Below are positions 17,900-29,034 of a stretch of DNA of 64,000 nt, piece after piece. Both the position numbers and the translations under genes were made by a program. Source of the DNA: an uncultured Psychrosphaera sp. (lineage in GTDB: Bacteria > Pseudomonadota > Gammaproteobacteria > Enterobacterales > Alteromonadaceae). Where the stretch lies: contig NZ_CANMSK010000008.1 in the NCBI RefSeq assembly GCF_947500655.1, positions 19,139 through 83,138 on the forward strand, written 5' to 3'. Below the pieces are notes generated by a model. It worked only from the letters and a program-made list of their open reading frames with translations, ran no database searches and was not told the DNA's origin. The number at the start of each line of letters is the position of its first letter. Positions within the stretch are counted from its first letter, which is position 1.

Positions 17900-19000
17900 A
17901 TGAAGTATTTCTATCGAGCATTTTTATTTTGTAGCTTAGCCGCCTTGCTAAGTGCCTGCGAGAAAAGTAACACTGAAACAACGTCTAATACACCTATAGA
18001 AGTAAAAGTAGTTGTTGTTAATATGTTTGAAATTGGTGAAGACGACGGCGACAAAGCCGGTGAATTTCAAATGTGGAAACAAGGTCAGCAATTAAATACA
18101 AAATATCCATTCCCTCAGTCTTTTCATGACTTATATTACAATGAAGACACTGGTGTGTTAGGCATGGTCACAGGAATGGGAACGGCTCGTGCAGCCTCTG
18201 CCATTATGGCCTTAGGACTTGATCCTCGCTTTGATCTAACCAAAGCATATTGGTTAGTTGCTGGGATTGCTGGTGTTGATCCACAAGATGCATCAATAGG
18301 CTCTGCAGTGTGGGCAACTTGGTTAGTTGATGGCGATTTAGCACATCAAATTGATGCTCGTGAAATCCCAAAAGACTGGAAGTCAGGTTATTTCCCTCTT
18401 TTCTCACATGCACCATATGTAGGTAAAACAGCGAAAGATACTAAACATCAATCGGCTGGCGAAGTATATAAAATCAATGGCGAGTTGGCAGAGTGGGCTT
18501 ATCAATTAACCAAAGACACTCCATTAACAGATTACCCTGCCATGCAAAAACTTAGAGCTAAATACGTTAATTATCCAAAAGCTCAATTACCACCGTTTGT
18601 GTTAAAAGGTGATCATATGGCAGCCGCTACTTTTTGGCATGGCAAGCTTATGAATGACTGGGCCAATTCATGGTCTAAATTCTGGAGTGATGGTGAAGCA
18701 AACTTTGTCACTTCTGGTATGGAAGACACAGGAACGTATCAATCATTAACTTACTTAGATAAAGCTGGCAAAGTAGATAAAACGCGTTTTATGGTGCTTA
18801 GAACGGCCAGTAATTACAGCATGCAACCTGGTAGCTTAACTGCAGCAGAGAATTTGAAACTGGAAAGCGGTGAAAATGGTTACGCTGGAATGCAATCGTC
18901 TTTAGAGTCTGCTTATTCTGTAGGTAGTATCGTAGTTAATGACATAGTGGCTAATTGGGAAAAGTATAAAGACGCTTATCCTTACCAAGTGAAGCCTTGA
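17900..19000 (+). CDS. NUP (purine nucleoside permease) family lipoprotein
   Basis: Lipobox LLSAC. The soluble-looking 366-aa body resembles the Pfam NUP family (VVVVNMFEIGEDDGDKAGEFQMW..., GMVTGMGTARAA, AGIAGVDP). Confidence 0.7.
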   Translation: MKYFYRAFLFCSLAALLSACEKSNTETTSNTPIEVKVVVVNMFEIGEDDGDKAGEFQMWKQGQQLNTKYPFPQSFHDLYYNEDTGVLGMVTGMGTARAASAIMALGLDPRFDLTKAYWLVAGIAGVDPQDASIGSAVWATWLVDGDLAHQIDAREIPKDWKSGYFPLFSHAPYVGKTAKDTKHQSAGEVYKINGELAEWAYQLTKDTPLTDYPAMQKLRAKYVNYPKAQLPPFVLKGDHMAAATFWHGKLMNDWANSWSKFWSDGEANFVTSGMEDTGTYQSLTYLDKAGKVDKTRFMVLRTASNYSMQPGSLTAAENLKLESGENGYAGMQSSLESAYSVGSIVVNDIVANWEKYKDAYPYQVKP

Positions 19001-19094
19001 TTAATAATTAGTTGATTGTTTGCTTAGTCACTTAATAAAAAATAACGGATGTTGCTAACGTCTCGTAACACAGCCAAAGGTATTAATAGCGATT

Positions 19095-20396
19095 ATGGAA
19101 ATTTTATACAAAGTTGAAGATAAGCCACCTGTTGGTACGTCTATTCTATTAGCAGCACAACATTTATTGGCTGCGCTAAGTGCAATAATCACAGTACCAT
19201 TAGTAATAGGCGGCGTTTTAAAACTACCAGTAGAAGACATTATTGTATTGGTTAACGCAGCTATGCTGATATCTGGTGTGGTTACTATTATTCAATGCCG
19301 AGGGATAGGTTCTATTGGTATAAGGTTACCTTGTGTTATGGGCACTAGCTTCACCTTTGTTGGAGTCTCTATTGCAATTGGTTTTGAATACGGCGTATCT
19401 GGCATTTTAGGTTCAGCTTTGGTCGCATCACTTATTATGATCATCGGTAGTTTTTTTATGCCGACCATCAGAAAGTTTTTCCCTCCAGTTGTTACTGGAA
19501 CTGTGGTTACGCTCATTGGGCTATCATTAATTCCAGTTGCCGTTGATTGGTTTGCTGGCGGTCAAGTAGGCCAAGAGGGTTATGCATCCCTACCTAATTT
19601 AGCAATAGGTTTACTTGTATTAGTTACGGTTGTTGGCTTATCTATTTATGGTAAAGGCTTATTATCCGCAGCGTCGGTTGTTATTGGTATGTTAGTGGGT
19701 TATCTCATTTGCTTAGCTTTGGGATTAATTGACTTTAAACCTGTGCAAGACTCACCGCTAATTGCTTTACCTAGCCCTTTTCACTTTGGTTTAAGTTTTC
19801 CAATTAGTGGCATCATAGGTATGTCTATTGCTTACTTGGTGACAATTGTTGAATCTACTGGTGATTTTCTTGCGTTATCCAATGTCACCAAAACAAAATT
19901 AACCGGTAAAAAATTATCCAGTGGCATTTTATGTGATGGATTAGGTTCAGCCTTAGCCTCGGTATTTTCCACTACACCATTTTCATCATTCTCACAAAAC
20001 GTCGGAATTGTTGGCATGACTGGTGTAGCAAGTCGATATGTTGTTGCTATTACTGGCGCTATGTTAGTCCTTGCTGGCTTATTTCCGATTTTAGGTGCTA
20101 TGGTTGTTTCTATTCCCCTTCCTGTTTTAGGTGGCGCTGGCTTAGTTATGTTTGCCATGATCATCACAGCCGGAGTGAATATTTTATCAACGACACAACA
20201 TACAAAAAGAAATGGAATGATCATCGCTGTTAGTATTGCCTCTGGTATGGCCGTTACTTTTCGTCCTGAACTTCTGAGCCAATTACCTGAATCTATAAAA
20301 ATTATTTTAGCCTCTGGCATTACCACAGGTTCAATTATCGCTTTAATATTAAATATTATTCTTCCTAACCCTGATAAAGTTGTGGATACTGAATAG
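19095..20396 (+). CDS. NCS2-family xanthine/uric acid permease
   Basis: 433 aa and polytopic. It has the NAT/NCS2 signature region (FSSFSQNVGIVGMTGVASRYV) and an N-terminus typical of xanthine/urate permeases. Confidence 0.85.
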   Translation: MEILYKVEDKPPVGTSILLAAQHLLAALSAIITVPLVIGGVLKLPVEDIIVLVNAAMLISGVVTIIQCRGIGSIGIRLPCVMGTSFTFVGVSIAIGFEYGVSGILGSALVASLIMIIGSFFMPTIRKFFPPVVTGTVVTLIGLSLIPVAVDWFAGGQVGQEGYASLPNLAIGLLVLVTVVGLSIYGKGLLSAASVVIGMLVGYLICLALGLIDFKPVQDSPLIALPSPFHFGLSFPISGIIGMSIAYLVTIVESTGDFLALSNVTKTKLTGKKLSSGILCDGLGSALASVFSTTPFSSFSQNVGIVGMTGVASRYVVAITGAMLVLAGLFPILGAMVVSIPLPVLGGAGLVMFAMIITAGVNILSTTQHTKRNGMIIAVSIASGMAVTFRPELLSQLPESIKIILASGITTGSIIALILNIILPNPDKVVDTE

Positions 20397-20398
20397 CA

Positions 20399-21322
20399 AT
20401 GACAATTAACACTGTGATCAAGGAGTTAACAATTACTAGCACACCTACTCCTCCACTAAAGAATGCATGGCTTGCCAGCTTAGCTTTGGAATTTAGTTTA
20501 ACGCCAAATGGCAGCCAACTTACTCGAACTAAACGCAATGGGCCATTAAGTGTACAAAAAGCGTTTTATCCAGAAGGGCGCGACTGTGCTCATATTTATT
20601 TATTGCATCCACCTGCGGGGATTGTTTCGGGTGATGAATTGCGTATTGATATACAAGTAAATGAACAAGCACACAGTTTAATTACGACTCCCGGTGCCAA
20701 TCGCTTTTATCGCGCCCGTGAAGACTTAACCATTGGCGATTCAAAGCAAGTTCAGCATTGTGGAGTTAATCTTAAACAAGCAGCAAAATGCGAGAACTTC
20801 CCACTGGAAACTATTGTCTACGAAGGTGCCGATGGCTTTAATACTGTAGATGTACATTTAACTAATGAAAGTAGTTATTTAGGCTGGGATATTACTTGTT
20901 TGGGTTTACCCAGCTCAGGCCAACTTTTTAAACATGGCAGCTATACTCAATTGAATCGAGTTTATTGTGAAGGTACTTTAATGTATCACGACAGGATTGC
21001 CATTAAGCCTAACAATCATATACATCAACATGTTGCAGGTTTAAACAATCACAGCGTGTTTGCTACTTTTATGGCTTATGCCGCAAAAGGACAAGTCACT
21101 GATGCTGACAACAAAATGTTAGTTGAGCAACTGCGTGATTGTATGATTGCCGCAGACTCAAAACACAAAGTCAGTATTAGCCAAATACGCCAGTTATTAA
21201 TAATACGTTATTTAGGTGACAGCGCTGAAGAGTGCAAAGCCTTATTTATTATTTTATGGCAAAAAATACGGCCACTTTATTTAAATAAAGCAGCCAATGT
21301 ACCGCGCGTTTGGCATACCTAA
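20399..21322 (+). CDS. ureD: Urease accessory protein UreD
   Basis: Starts 2 nt after the permease stop. It is the first gene of a ureDABCEFG arrangement and has UreD-like motifs (YLLHPPAGIVSGDEL). Confidence 0.85.
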   Translation: MTINTVIKELTITSTPTPPLKNAWLASLALEFSLTPNGSQLTRTKRNGPLSVQKAFYPEGRDCAHIYLLHPPAGIVSGDELRIDIQVNEQAHSLITTPGANRFYRAREDLTIGDSKQVQHCGVNLKQAAKCENFPLETIVYEGADGFNTVDVHLTNESSYLGWDITCLGLPSSGQLFKHGSYTQLNRVYCEGTLMYHDRIAIKPNNHIHQHVAGLNNHSVFATFMAYAAKGQVTDADNKMLVEQLRDCMIAADSKHKVSISQIRQLLIIRYLGDSAEECKALFIILWQKIRPLYLNKAANVPRVWHT

Positions 21323-21404
21323 ACAGCACTTATAAAGATGAATTAGAGACATCTGTTTTAGATATCTATATTTAAAAAAGAACAACAACACAGTCGAGAA
21401 TATT

Positions 21405-21707
21405 ATGGATTTATTGCCAAGAGAAAAAGACAAATTAATGATCTTTACCGCTGCATTATTAGCAGAACGACGTTTAAAACGAGGGGTAAAGCTTAATTAC
21501 CCAGAAGCGATGGCTTATATTTCAATGGAAATAATTGAAGGTGCACGCGATGGTAAAACCGTTGCTGAAATGATGGATTATGGTCGTACCTTATTAACAC
21601 GTGAACAAGTGATGGATGGCGTTTCTGAGCTTATTCCAGAAGTGCAAGTTGAAGCTACGTTCCCTGACGGCACTAAGCTTGTCACGGTTCATAACCCGAT
21701 TATTTAA
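21405..21707 (+). CDS. ureA: Urease gamma subunit
   Basis: 100 aa, [35 protein letters not shown]... is the canonical UreA sequence. Confidence 0.95.
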   Translation: MDLLPREKDKLMIFTAALLAERRLKRGVKLNYPEAMAYISMEIIEGARDGKTVAEMMDYGRTLLTREQVMDGVSELIPEVQVEATFPDGTKLVTVHNPII

Positions 21708-21744
21708 TCGACTTAGCCAACCGTTAACCACAAGAGAATACATT

Positions 21745-22086
21745 ATGATCCCAGGTGAAATAAAAACAGACAGTGGCGACCGCGAGTTAAATGTAGGTCG
21801 TGAACCGATAAAAATTACCGTTGCCAACTCTGGTGACCGACCAATTCAAGTCGGTTCGCATTATCATTTTTACGAAGTGAACCGCGCGTTGATTTTTGAG
21901 CGTGAAATCACTAAAGGTTATCGTTTAGATATTACCTCAAGTACTGCGGTTCGTTTTGAGCCAGGTCAAGAAAGAGAAGTTACTCTTATCCCTTATCGCG
22001 GTAAGCGTCGAGTATTCGGCTTTCGTGGTGATATTCAAGGTGCTCTTCGTGATGATAGTGATGGTAAAAAAGAGGGAGATAAATAG
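21745..22086 (+). CDS. ureB: Urease beta subunit
   Basis: The canonical start MIPGEI at ATG 21745 (the ORF track extends it to 21616, overlapping ureA). Contains the motif [17 protein letters not shown]. Confidence 0.93.
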   Translation: MIPGEIKTDSGDRELNVGREPIKITVANSGDRPIQVGSHYHFYEVNRALIFEREITKGYRLDITSSTAVRFEPGQEREVTLIPYRGKRRVFGFRGDIQGALRDDSDGKKEGDK

Positions 22087-22088
22087 TC

Positions 22089-23792
22089 ATGGCAACGATT
22101 GATAAACATTCTTATGCACATATGTTTGGTCCAACAGTTGGCGATCGTGTTCGCTTAGCCGACACTGATTTATGGATTGAAGTAGAAAAAGATTTTACTG
22201 AATACGGCGAAGAAGTCACTTTTGGTGGCGGTAAAGTTATTCGAGATGGTATGGGACAAAGCCAAGCGTCATGTTTTGAAACAGTAGATTTGGTCATTAC
22301 CAATGCACTTATTCTTGATCACTGGGGCATAGTAAAAGCTGACGTCGGCATTAAAGATGGCCGCATCGCTATTATTGGTAAAGCTGGTAATCCTGATATT
22401 CAAGATAATATTGATATTGAAATTGGTGCCGGTACTGAGGTTATTGCAGGTGAAGGCCAAATATTAACGGCCGGTGGAATCGATGCGCATATTCATTTTA
22501 TTTGCCCACAACAAATTGAAGAAGCCCAAATGTCAGGTGTCACCACTATGATTGGCGGTGGTACAGGCCCTGCAACAGGAACTAAAGCGACAACATGTAC
22601 ACCAGGACCTTGGAATATTCATAAAATGTTGCAGTCAACTAATGACTTTGCAATGAACTTTGGCTTTTTAGGCAAAGGCAACGTGAGTTTGCCACAAGCT
22701 TTAGAAGAACAAATTGAAGCCGGTGTTTGTGGTTTAAAATTGCATGAAGACTGGGGCACAACGCCAGCGGCTATTGATAACTGCCTATCCGTTGCTGAAC
22801 GATATGATGTTCAAGTTGCGATTCATACAGATACGCTAAATGAATCTGGTTTTTTAGAAGATACATTGGGTGCATTTAAAGGTCGTACTATTCACACTTA
22901 TCACACAGAAGGTGCAGGTGGTGGTCATTCACCTGATATTATTCGCGCTTGTGGTGAGCCTAACGTATTACCTTCATCAACTAATCCAACGCGTCCTTAT
23001 ACGATTAATACCATAGATGAACATTTAGATATGTTGATGGTATGCCATCACCTCAATCCATCTATTCCAGAAGACATTGCTTTTGCTGATTCTCGTATTC
23101 GTAAAGAAAGTATTGCGGCTGAAGATATTATGCATGACTTAGGTGCGATCAGTATGATCTCGTCTGATTCACAAGCCATGGGACGTGTTGGTGAAATGAT
23201 CACCCGTACTTGGCAAACCGCCCACAAAATGAAGCAACAGCGTGGTCCTTTAGCACCTGATACTGAACGCAACGATAACTTCCGCGCTAAGCGTTATATT
23301 GCTAAATACACAATAAATCCGGCGATCAGTCATGGTATTAGCCATGAAGTTGGCTCAATTGAAGTTGGCAAGTTAGCGGATTTAGTATTATGGAAACCCG
23401 CATTTTTTGGTATTAAGCCGTCGATGATCATCAAGTCTGGTTTTATTGCAGCTGCGCCTATGGGGGATGCCAACGCATCTATTCCAACGCCACAGCCTGT
23501 GTATTATCGCCCAATGTTTGGTGCTTTTGGTAGTGCGTCGGCAAAAACGTCCATGACCTTTATGTCGCAAGCGTCTATTGACGCTAATGTGCCAGAGAAA
23601 ATAGGCATGACTCGAATGATTGGGGTTTGTAAAAACACTAGAAATATCGGCAAAGACGATATGATCCATAACAGCTGGCAACCTAAAATAGAGGTGGATG
23701 CACAAACCTATGAAGTAAGAGCCAATGGCGAGTTATTAACTTGTGAGCCTGCGACTTCGCTTCCTCTTTCACAGCTGTATTGCTTATTTTAA
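22089..23792 (+). CDS. ureC: Urease alpha subunit
   Basis: 567 aa with the active-site motifs [22 protein letters not shown] and MVCHHL. Confidence 0.97.
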   Translation: MATIDKHSYAHMFGPTVGDRVRLADTDLWIEVEKDFTEYGEEVTFGGGKVIRDGMGQSQASCFETVDLVITNALILDHWGIVKADVGIKDGRIAIIGKAGNPDIQDNIDIEIGAGTEVIAGEGQILTAGGIDAHIHFICPQQIEEAQMSGVTTMIGGGTGPATGTKATTCTPGPWNIHKMLQSTNDFAMNFGFLGKGNVSLPQALEEQIEAGVCGLKLHEDWGTTPAAIDNCLSVAERYDVQVAIHTDTLNESGFLEDTLGAFKGRTIHTYHTEGAGGGHSPDIIRACGEPNVLPSSTNPTRPYTINTIDEHLDMLMVCHHLNPSIPEDIAFADSRIRKESIAAEDIMHDLGAISMISSDSQAMGRVGEMITRTWQTAHKMKQQRGPLAPDTERNDNFRAKRYIAKYTINPAISHGISHEVGSIEVGKLADLVLWKPAFFGIKPSMIIKSGFIAAAPMGDANASIPTPQPVYYRPMFGAFGSASAKTSMTFMSQASIDANVPEKIGMTRMIGVCKNTRNIGKDDMIHNSWQPKIEVDAQTYEVRANGELLTCEPATSLPLSQLYCLF

Positions 23793-23813
23793 TTAAAAAC
23801 TTTAGGAAATTAC

Positions 23814-24296
23814 ATGTTAAAAGCATATGAACGTTTTGATCATATTCACAGTGAAATTACAGACTCAATCACACTCGATCAAGACACTCGTAAAAAAGCG
23901 CGCATTAAAGGTAAAACTAACGGCGGCTTAGATATTGGTATTTTTATGGAGCGTGGCCATCCATTATTAGTGGGTGAAGTTTTAAAAACCGAATGTGGTT
24001 TATTTATTGAAATAAAAGGCCAAGAAGAACCCGTATCTACCGCGATTGCAACTGACTGGTTAACGTTTTGTAAAGTGTGTTATCACCTAGGCAATCGTCA
24101 TACGTCTTTACAAATTGGTGAGTTATGGGTACGTTTTAAACCTGATCATGTTTTGGAAGAATTAGCCGAAAAATACGGCTTAACTATCAATAAGACTCCC
24201 GCTATATTTGAACCTGAAAATGGCGCTTATGGTAAAGGCGGGCACTCCCATAGTCATGGTGAAAGCGAGCATTCGCACAGCCATTCCCATGCTTAG
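23814..24296 (+). CDS. ureE: Urease accessory protein UreE with His-rich tail
   Basis: UreE-like body plus the C-terminal [19 protein letters not shown]. Confidence 0.9.
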   Translation: MLKAYERFDHIHSEITDSITLDQDTRKKARIKGKTNGGLDIGIFMERGHPLLVGEVLKTECGLFIEIKGQEEPVSTAIATDWLTFCKVCYHLGNRHTSLQIGELWVRFKPDHVLEELAEKYGLTINKTPAIFEPENGAYGKGGHSHSHGESEHSHSHSHA

Positions 24297-25023
24297 TAAT
24301 GCAGACTCAAATATGAATACTAATGCGCCAAATATTCAGCAGAGTAACCCAATCCAATTAAATAGGTTATTGCAGTTATGCAGTGCCAATTTACCGGTTG
24401 GTGGTTTCTCCTTTTCGCAAGGATTGGAATATGCCGTTGAAATGGGTTGGTTAACGTCACCTGAAACAGCAGCTAGCTGGATAAATATCAATCTGGAAGA
24501 GTCCATAGCACAAACGGATTTAGCTATTTTACAACGCTTATATCAGGCGTTAAGCAACAATGACTTTGATGCGTTTAATACTTGGAATGAACACTTAATA
24601 GCTTGTCGTGAAAGTCATGAGTTATTACTGGCAGACTTAGCAATGGGCAAAGCTTTAGTAAGATTATTAAGACAACTTGATAGTATTGACAGTGCAGCTT
24701 ATGAGCCTCTTTTAAAAGTCTCTGAGATCAGTTTTGTGAGTGCTTTTGCTGTTTGTGCATTCTTATTTAAGCTAGATATAGTGTCAGCCCAAAGCGGTTA
24801 TTGTTGGACTTATATTGATAACCAAGTAGCCGCAGCGACTAAGCTAATTCCGCTTGGTCAAACTCAGGCACAAAATTTACTATTTGAGCTTACTGAAAAT
24901 ACTCAGTTGATTATTGATAAGTCTAACCAAGTTGTGGATGACGATATTGGAACTAGCTTACCGCATTTAGCGATGGCAAGTGCTTGGCATGAGACGCAAT
25001 ATTCACGACTATTTCGTTCGTGA
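24289..25023 (+). CDS. ureF: Urease accessory protein UreF
   Basis: Contains the motif [25 protein letters not shown]. The start is taken at ATG 24289 (8-nt overlap with ureE). ATG 24313 is an alternative, and the ORF-track start at 24208 is an over-extension. Confidence 0.85.
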   Translation: MLSNADSNMNTNAPNIQQSNPIQLNRLLQLCSANLPVGGFSFSQGLEYAVEMGWLTSPETAASWININLEESIAQTDLAILQRLYQALSNNDFDAFNTWNEHLIACRESHELLLADLAMGKALVRLLRQLDSIDSAAYEPLLKVSEISFVSAFAVCAFLFKLDIVSAQSGYCWTYIDNQVAAATKLIPLGQTQAQNLLFELTENTQLIIDKSNQVVDDDIGTSLPHLAMASAWHETQYSRLFRS

Positions 25024-25081
25024 CTATAAAGAAAGATATAAAAAATAAAATAAAAAGAAATATATTCAAGAGAGAACATAA

Positions 25082-25693
25082 ATGAAAAAACAAGTTTTAC
25101 GCATCGGCGTTGGTGGTCCAGTAGGATCAGGAAAAACCGCATTATTACGCCAGTTATGTTTAGCATTACGTGATAAATACAGCATGGCTGTAGTAACCAA
25201 CGATATTTATACCCGTGAAGACGCTGAGTTTTTAACTAAAAATGATGCTCTATCGGCAGATAGAATTATGGGCGTTGAAACTGGCGGTTGTCCGCATACT
25301 GCAATCCGTGAAGATGCATCAATGAACTTAGCCGCGATTGATGAGTTACAAGAGTTACACCCAGATTTAGATTTTGTGTTAGTTGAAAGTGGTGGTGATA
25401 ATTTAAGTGCGACTTTTAGCCCTGAATTATCTGATTTAACCATATACGTTATTGATGTTTCAGCGGGCGATAAAATCCCACGTAAAGGTGGTCCTGGTAT
25501 TACTAAATCTGACTTGTTAATTATTAATAAAATTGATGTAGCTGATTTAGTTGGCGCGTCATTGGAAGTGATGGACCGAGATACTAAAAGAATGCGTGGC
25601 GACGGAAAATTCATATTCTCTAATATGAAAACTCAACAAGGCCTAGCAGAAATAATAGAATTTATTGAACAAGAAGGTATGTTGAAAGTTTAA
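25082..25693 (+). CDS. ureG: Urease accessory GTPase UreG
   Basis: P-loop GPVGSGKT and the metal motif GGCPH. Confidence 0.95.
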   Translation: MKKQVLRIGVGGPVGSGKTALLRQLCLALRDKYSMAVVTNDIYTREDAEFLTKNDALSADRIMGVETGGCPHTAIREDASMNLAAIDELQELHPDLDFVLVESGGDNLSATFSPELSDLTIYVIDVSAGDKIPRKGGPGITKSDLLIINKIDVADLVGASLEVMDRDTKRMRGDGKFIFSNMKTQQGLAEIIEFIEQEGMLKV

Positions 25694-25751
25694 TTTTCAG
25701 CATTGATTTACTAATAAACCAAATTTATACCAATTGAATTAAGGAATTAAC

Positions 25752-25943
25752 ATGAAATTTTTAACAATACTTATTAGCTTACTTTTTATATTCAGTGCTC
25801 AAGTAGCCGCTCATCCAGATCATAGTTTAACTGAGAATTCTCATGCTATTTATCACACTGTGTTTTGGGCTTTATTTGCTGTTGTAGTTTACAAAGGTTA
25901 TACATGGTTTAAAAATAAGAAGTCAGAAAAGAATCAAGATTAA
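25752..25943 (+). CDS. 63-aa signal-peptide + single-TM mini-protein with N-terminal His cluster, last gene of the urease unit
   Basis: Good RBS (AAGGAA) ahead of the start. Predicted cleavage is VAA|HPDHSLTENSHAIYH, followed by one TM helix and a basic tail. Confidence 0.55.
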   Translation: MKFLTILISLLFIFSAQVAAHPDHSLTENSHAIYHTVFWALFAVVVYKGYTWFKNKKSEKNQD

Positions 25944-25973
25944 TAAGTTAGATATCATCTATTTATAAATAAG

Positions 25974-26024
25974 ATTGCTGTAGTGGATACGTTTTTAACT
26001 AAGGTTCCATTACAGCAATTTTTT
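25974..26024 (+). terminator. Terminator-like hairpin after the urease unit
   Basis: attgctgtagtgga ... tccattacagcaat (one mismatch, long loop) followed by tttttt. Confidence 0.55.
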
Positions 26025-26053
26025 GTCGCTTTTAAAAGGTTAAACAGCTGAGC

Positions 26054-26680
26054 TTATTTGATACCACAGCCTTTAAGAATGATCTGCGTTAATGAAGCAA
26101 CCACATCTTCAAAGTCTTGCTCATCCATTTTATCTTTACTTAATCCTGCCACAACTTGAACATTAAAATCAGCATAATGCTGAGTTGAACTCCAAATTAA
26201 AAACAGTAAATGATGTGGATTAACGGTATCAATTAAGCTTTGTTCAATCCAAGATTCAATAACTACAACTTTACTGGCTAACCAAGATTTAAAGTCGCTG
26301 TTTAGGTACTCACTTAATACTGGAGCGCCATGAATTATTTCGCTGGCAAATATTCTTGAGCCATCAGGATCATCTTTAGCGTGCATCACTTTTGCACGGA
26401 TATAATCGCTCAAGGCTTGCTTTGGATCATTGTCTGCATTTAGAGTGTCGTAATCCGTATTCCACACGTTAATAATGCTACTTAGTAGTTGCTGATATAA
26501 GTCTGTTTTATCTTTAAAGTAATAATGGATATTAGCTCTAGGGATCTTTGCACGTTCGGCAATTCGCTTAATGGATGCACCTTTAAAACCATGGGTAACA
26601 AATTCCTTTTTTGCAGCATCAAAAATAATAGCTTTATTCTTCTGCCTGATACGCCCTTCAGACTCGTTTACTTTTGTCAC
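26054..26680 (-). CDS. TetR-family regulator, RutR/YcdC subfamily (paralog 1, purine cluster)
   Basis: HTH (FKGASIKRIAERAKIPRANIHYYF) plus a RutR-type C-terminal signature (HHLLFLIWSSTQHYADF; compare E. coli RutR HLIFMIWASTQHYADF). Confidence 0.85.
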   Translation of the reverse strand: MTKVNESEGRIRQKNKAIIFDAAKKEFVTHGFKGASIKRIAERAKIPRANIHYYFKDKTDLYQQLLSSIINVWNTDYDTLNADNDPKQALSDYIRAKVMHAKDDPDGSRIFASEIIHGAPVLSEYLNSDFKSWLASKVVVIESWIEQSLIDTVNPHHLLFLIWSSTQHYADFNVQVVAGLSKDKMDEQDFEDVVASLTQIILKGCGIK

Positions 26681-26792
26681 AAAAACTCCTTTTATATTAT
26701 TAATTTTAGTACCAAGATTATTGGCAGCGGCAGATTAATATAAGCCGCTGATAATGTTAACAATTAGAAAGTAAAAACCGATTTTTTACAAC

Positions 26793-28985
26793 CTATATAA
26801 GCCCAGCCTTCAATTCAACACGACGCTTATGCAATAACGGCTCTGTGTAACCACTTGGTTGCTCTTTGCCTTTGAATATCAAATCCATAGCAGCTTTAAA
26901 CGCAATATTAGTGTCAAAGTCAGCTGACATAGGTTTATACGTTGGATCGGTTTGGTTTTGTCCATCAACCACAGCCGCCATGCGCTTCAACGACTCCATC
27001 ACTTGCTCTTGACTTAATATTCCGTGCAATAACCAATTACAAATATGTTGGCTTGATATACGCAAGGTTGCTCTATCTTCCATACGCTCTACATTCTCAA
27101 TATCTGGCACTTTTGAACAACCAACACCTTGGTCAATCCAACGAACTACATAACCTAACAAGCCTTGTACATTGTTATCTAACTCATTTTTAATGTCGGC
27201 TTCGGTTAATTCACTTTGATTTTTTAATAATGGGATCGTTAACAAGTCAGTTAGGCCATCGTCATACTGGGTTGTGGTAAATGTGTTCAGCATAGCGTCT
27301 TGAATATCACTTACGTTTATTTGGTGATAATGTAAAACATGCAAGGTAGCAGCAGTTGGTGAAGGAACCCAAGCACAGTTAGCGCCAGATTTTGGATGCG
27401 CTATTTTGGTTTCTACCATAGCGGCCATTTCATCTGGTGTTGCCCACATGCCTTTGCCTATTTGTGCTTTACCTTTTAGACCGGCTTGTAACCCAATGCG
27501 CACATTACGGTTTTCATAAGCTATGATCCATGGTTCATTCTTCATTAACTCTTTGCGCGCCATTGGACCAGCTTGCATACTGGTATGAATTTCATCGCCA
27601 GTTCGGTCTAAAAATCCAGTATTAATAAAAGCGATTCGGTCTTTAGTAGCCCGGATACATTCTTTTAAATTCACTGATGTTCTGCGCTCTTCGTCCATAA
27701 TACCTAATTTAATGGTATTAGTTTCTAGACCTAAACATGACTCAATACGAGTAAATAATTCATTGCTAAATGCCACTTCATCAGGCCCATGCATTTTAGG
27801 TTTCACAATATAAATGCTGCCTTGCTGGGAGTTTATAAATTGAGAATTACGTTTTAAATCATGCAGGGAAATTAGTGTGGTGATCAAGCCATCTAGAATA
27901 CCTTCTGGCACTTGCTGATTGTCAGCGGTTAATACTGCATCGTTTGTCATTAAATGACCTACGTTACGGATAAATAACAAACTGCGACCTGGTAAAGTTA
28001 ACTCGTTATCATCTAACGTTTTATAGGTTTTATCTGCATTTAATGAGCGGGTAACGGTTTTACCATTTTTTTCTAACGTCTCGGTTAAGTCACCTTTCAT
28101 TAATCCTAACCAGTTACGATAAACCGCCGTTTTATCTGCTGCGTCAACCGCTGCAATTGAGTCTTCACAGTCTTGAATAACAGTTAATGCAGATTCCAAA
28201 ATAACATCAGAAACTGATGCTATATCGGTTTTTCCTACTGGCGAAGTTGGATCAATTTTAATTTCTATATGCAGACCATTATTGTTAAATAGTATGGTCG
28301 TTGGTTTGTCTTGCTCGCCGTTATAACCAATTAGCTTTTCTGGGTGTTTTAAACCTACTGTTTTTTTTGCACCTATAGTTGCAACTAATTGAGAGTTAGC
28401 TATTTGATAACTAATGACATCACTATGACTTCCTGAAGTTAACGGGATTGCTTGATTTAAGAAGGCACGAGCATAAGCTGTTACCTTAGCGCCACGGATA
28501 GGGTTGTAACCTTTACCTGCCTTTGCACTATCGTCATTGCTGATAACATCTGTACCATAAAGTGCATCATACAAACTGCCCCAACGTGCATTTGCCGCGT
28601 TTAAAGCAAAGCGTGCATTCATCAAAGGCACAACTAATTGAGGACCAGCAACCAGTGCTACTTCGTCATCTACCTTGGTTGTTGTTATAGAAAAACCTTC
28701 TTTTTCTTTAACAATGTAACCTATGTCCGTTAAAAACTCTTGGTATTCATCTTGGCTAAACGCATTCTTTTTATGGTCAAAGTGCCACTTATCTATTTGC
28801 GCTTGAAATGTTTCTCTTTGCTCTAATAAACTTGCATTCTTTGGCATAAACTCATCAAAAATATCTGCCATAGATTGCCAAAAATGTTCAGCATTTATTC
28901 CTGAGTCTGGCAGGACTTCATTTTCTACCAAGTTGTATAGTGACTCAGCAACTTTATAACCATGTTTTATTACACGTTTGTTCAT
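26793..28985 (-). CDS. glcB: Malate synthase G
   Basis: Colinear with E. coli GlcB ([31 protein letters not shown]; [17 protein letters not shown]; [14 protein letters not shown]). ATG 28985 with an AAGGA RBS is preferred over the TTG at 29009. Confidence 0.95.
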   Translation of the reverse strand: MNKRVIKHGYKVAESLYNLVENEVLPDSGINAEHFWQSMADIFDEFMPKNASLLEQRETFQAQIDKWHFDHKKNAFSQDEYQEFLTDIGYIVKEKEGFSITTTKVDDEVALVAGPQLVVPLMNARFALNAANARWGSLYDALYGTDVISNDDSAKAGKGYNPIRGAKVTAYARAFLNQAIPLTSGSHSDVISYQIANSQLVATIGAKKTVGLKHPEKLIGYNGEQDKPTTILFNNNGLHIEIKIDPTSPVGKTDIASVSDVILESALTVIQDCEDSIAAVDAADKTAVYRNWLGLMKGDLTETLEKNGKTVTRSLNADKTYKTLDDNELTLPGRSLLFIRNVGHLMTNDAVLTADNQQVPEGILDGLITTLISLHDLKRNSQFINSQQGSIYIVKPKMHGPDEVAFSNELFTRIESCLGLETNTIKLGIMDEERRTSVNLKECIRATKDRIAFINTGFLDRTGDEIHTSMQAGPMARKELMKNEPWIIAYENRNVRIGLQAGLKGKAQIGKGMWATPDEMAAMVETKIAHPKSGANCAWVPSPTAATLHVLHYHQINVSDIQDAMLNTFTTTQYDDGLTDLLTIPLLKNQSELTEADIKNELDNNVQGLLGYVVRWIDQGVGCSKVPDIENVERMEDRATLRISSQHICNWLLHGILSQEQVMESLKRMAAVVDGQNQTDPTYKPMSADFDTNIAFKAAMDLIFKGKEQPSGYTEPLLHKRRVELKAGLI

Positions 28986-29034
28986 AACAGTATCCTTTTC
29001 CTCAAGCAAAATCAGAGCAAATCATTCATTAAAA

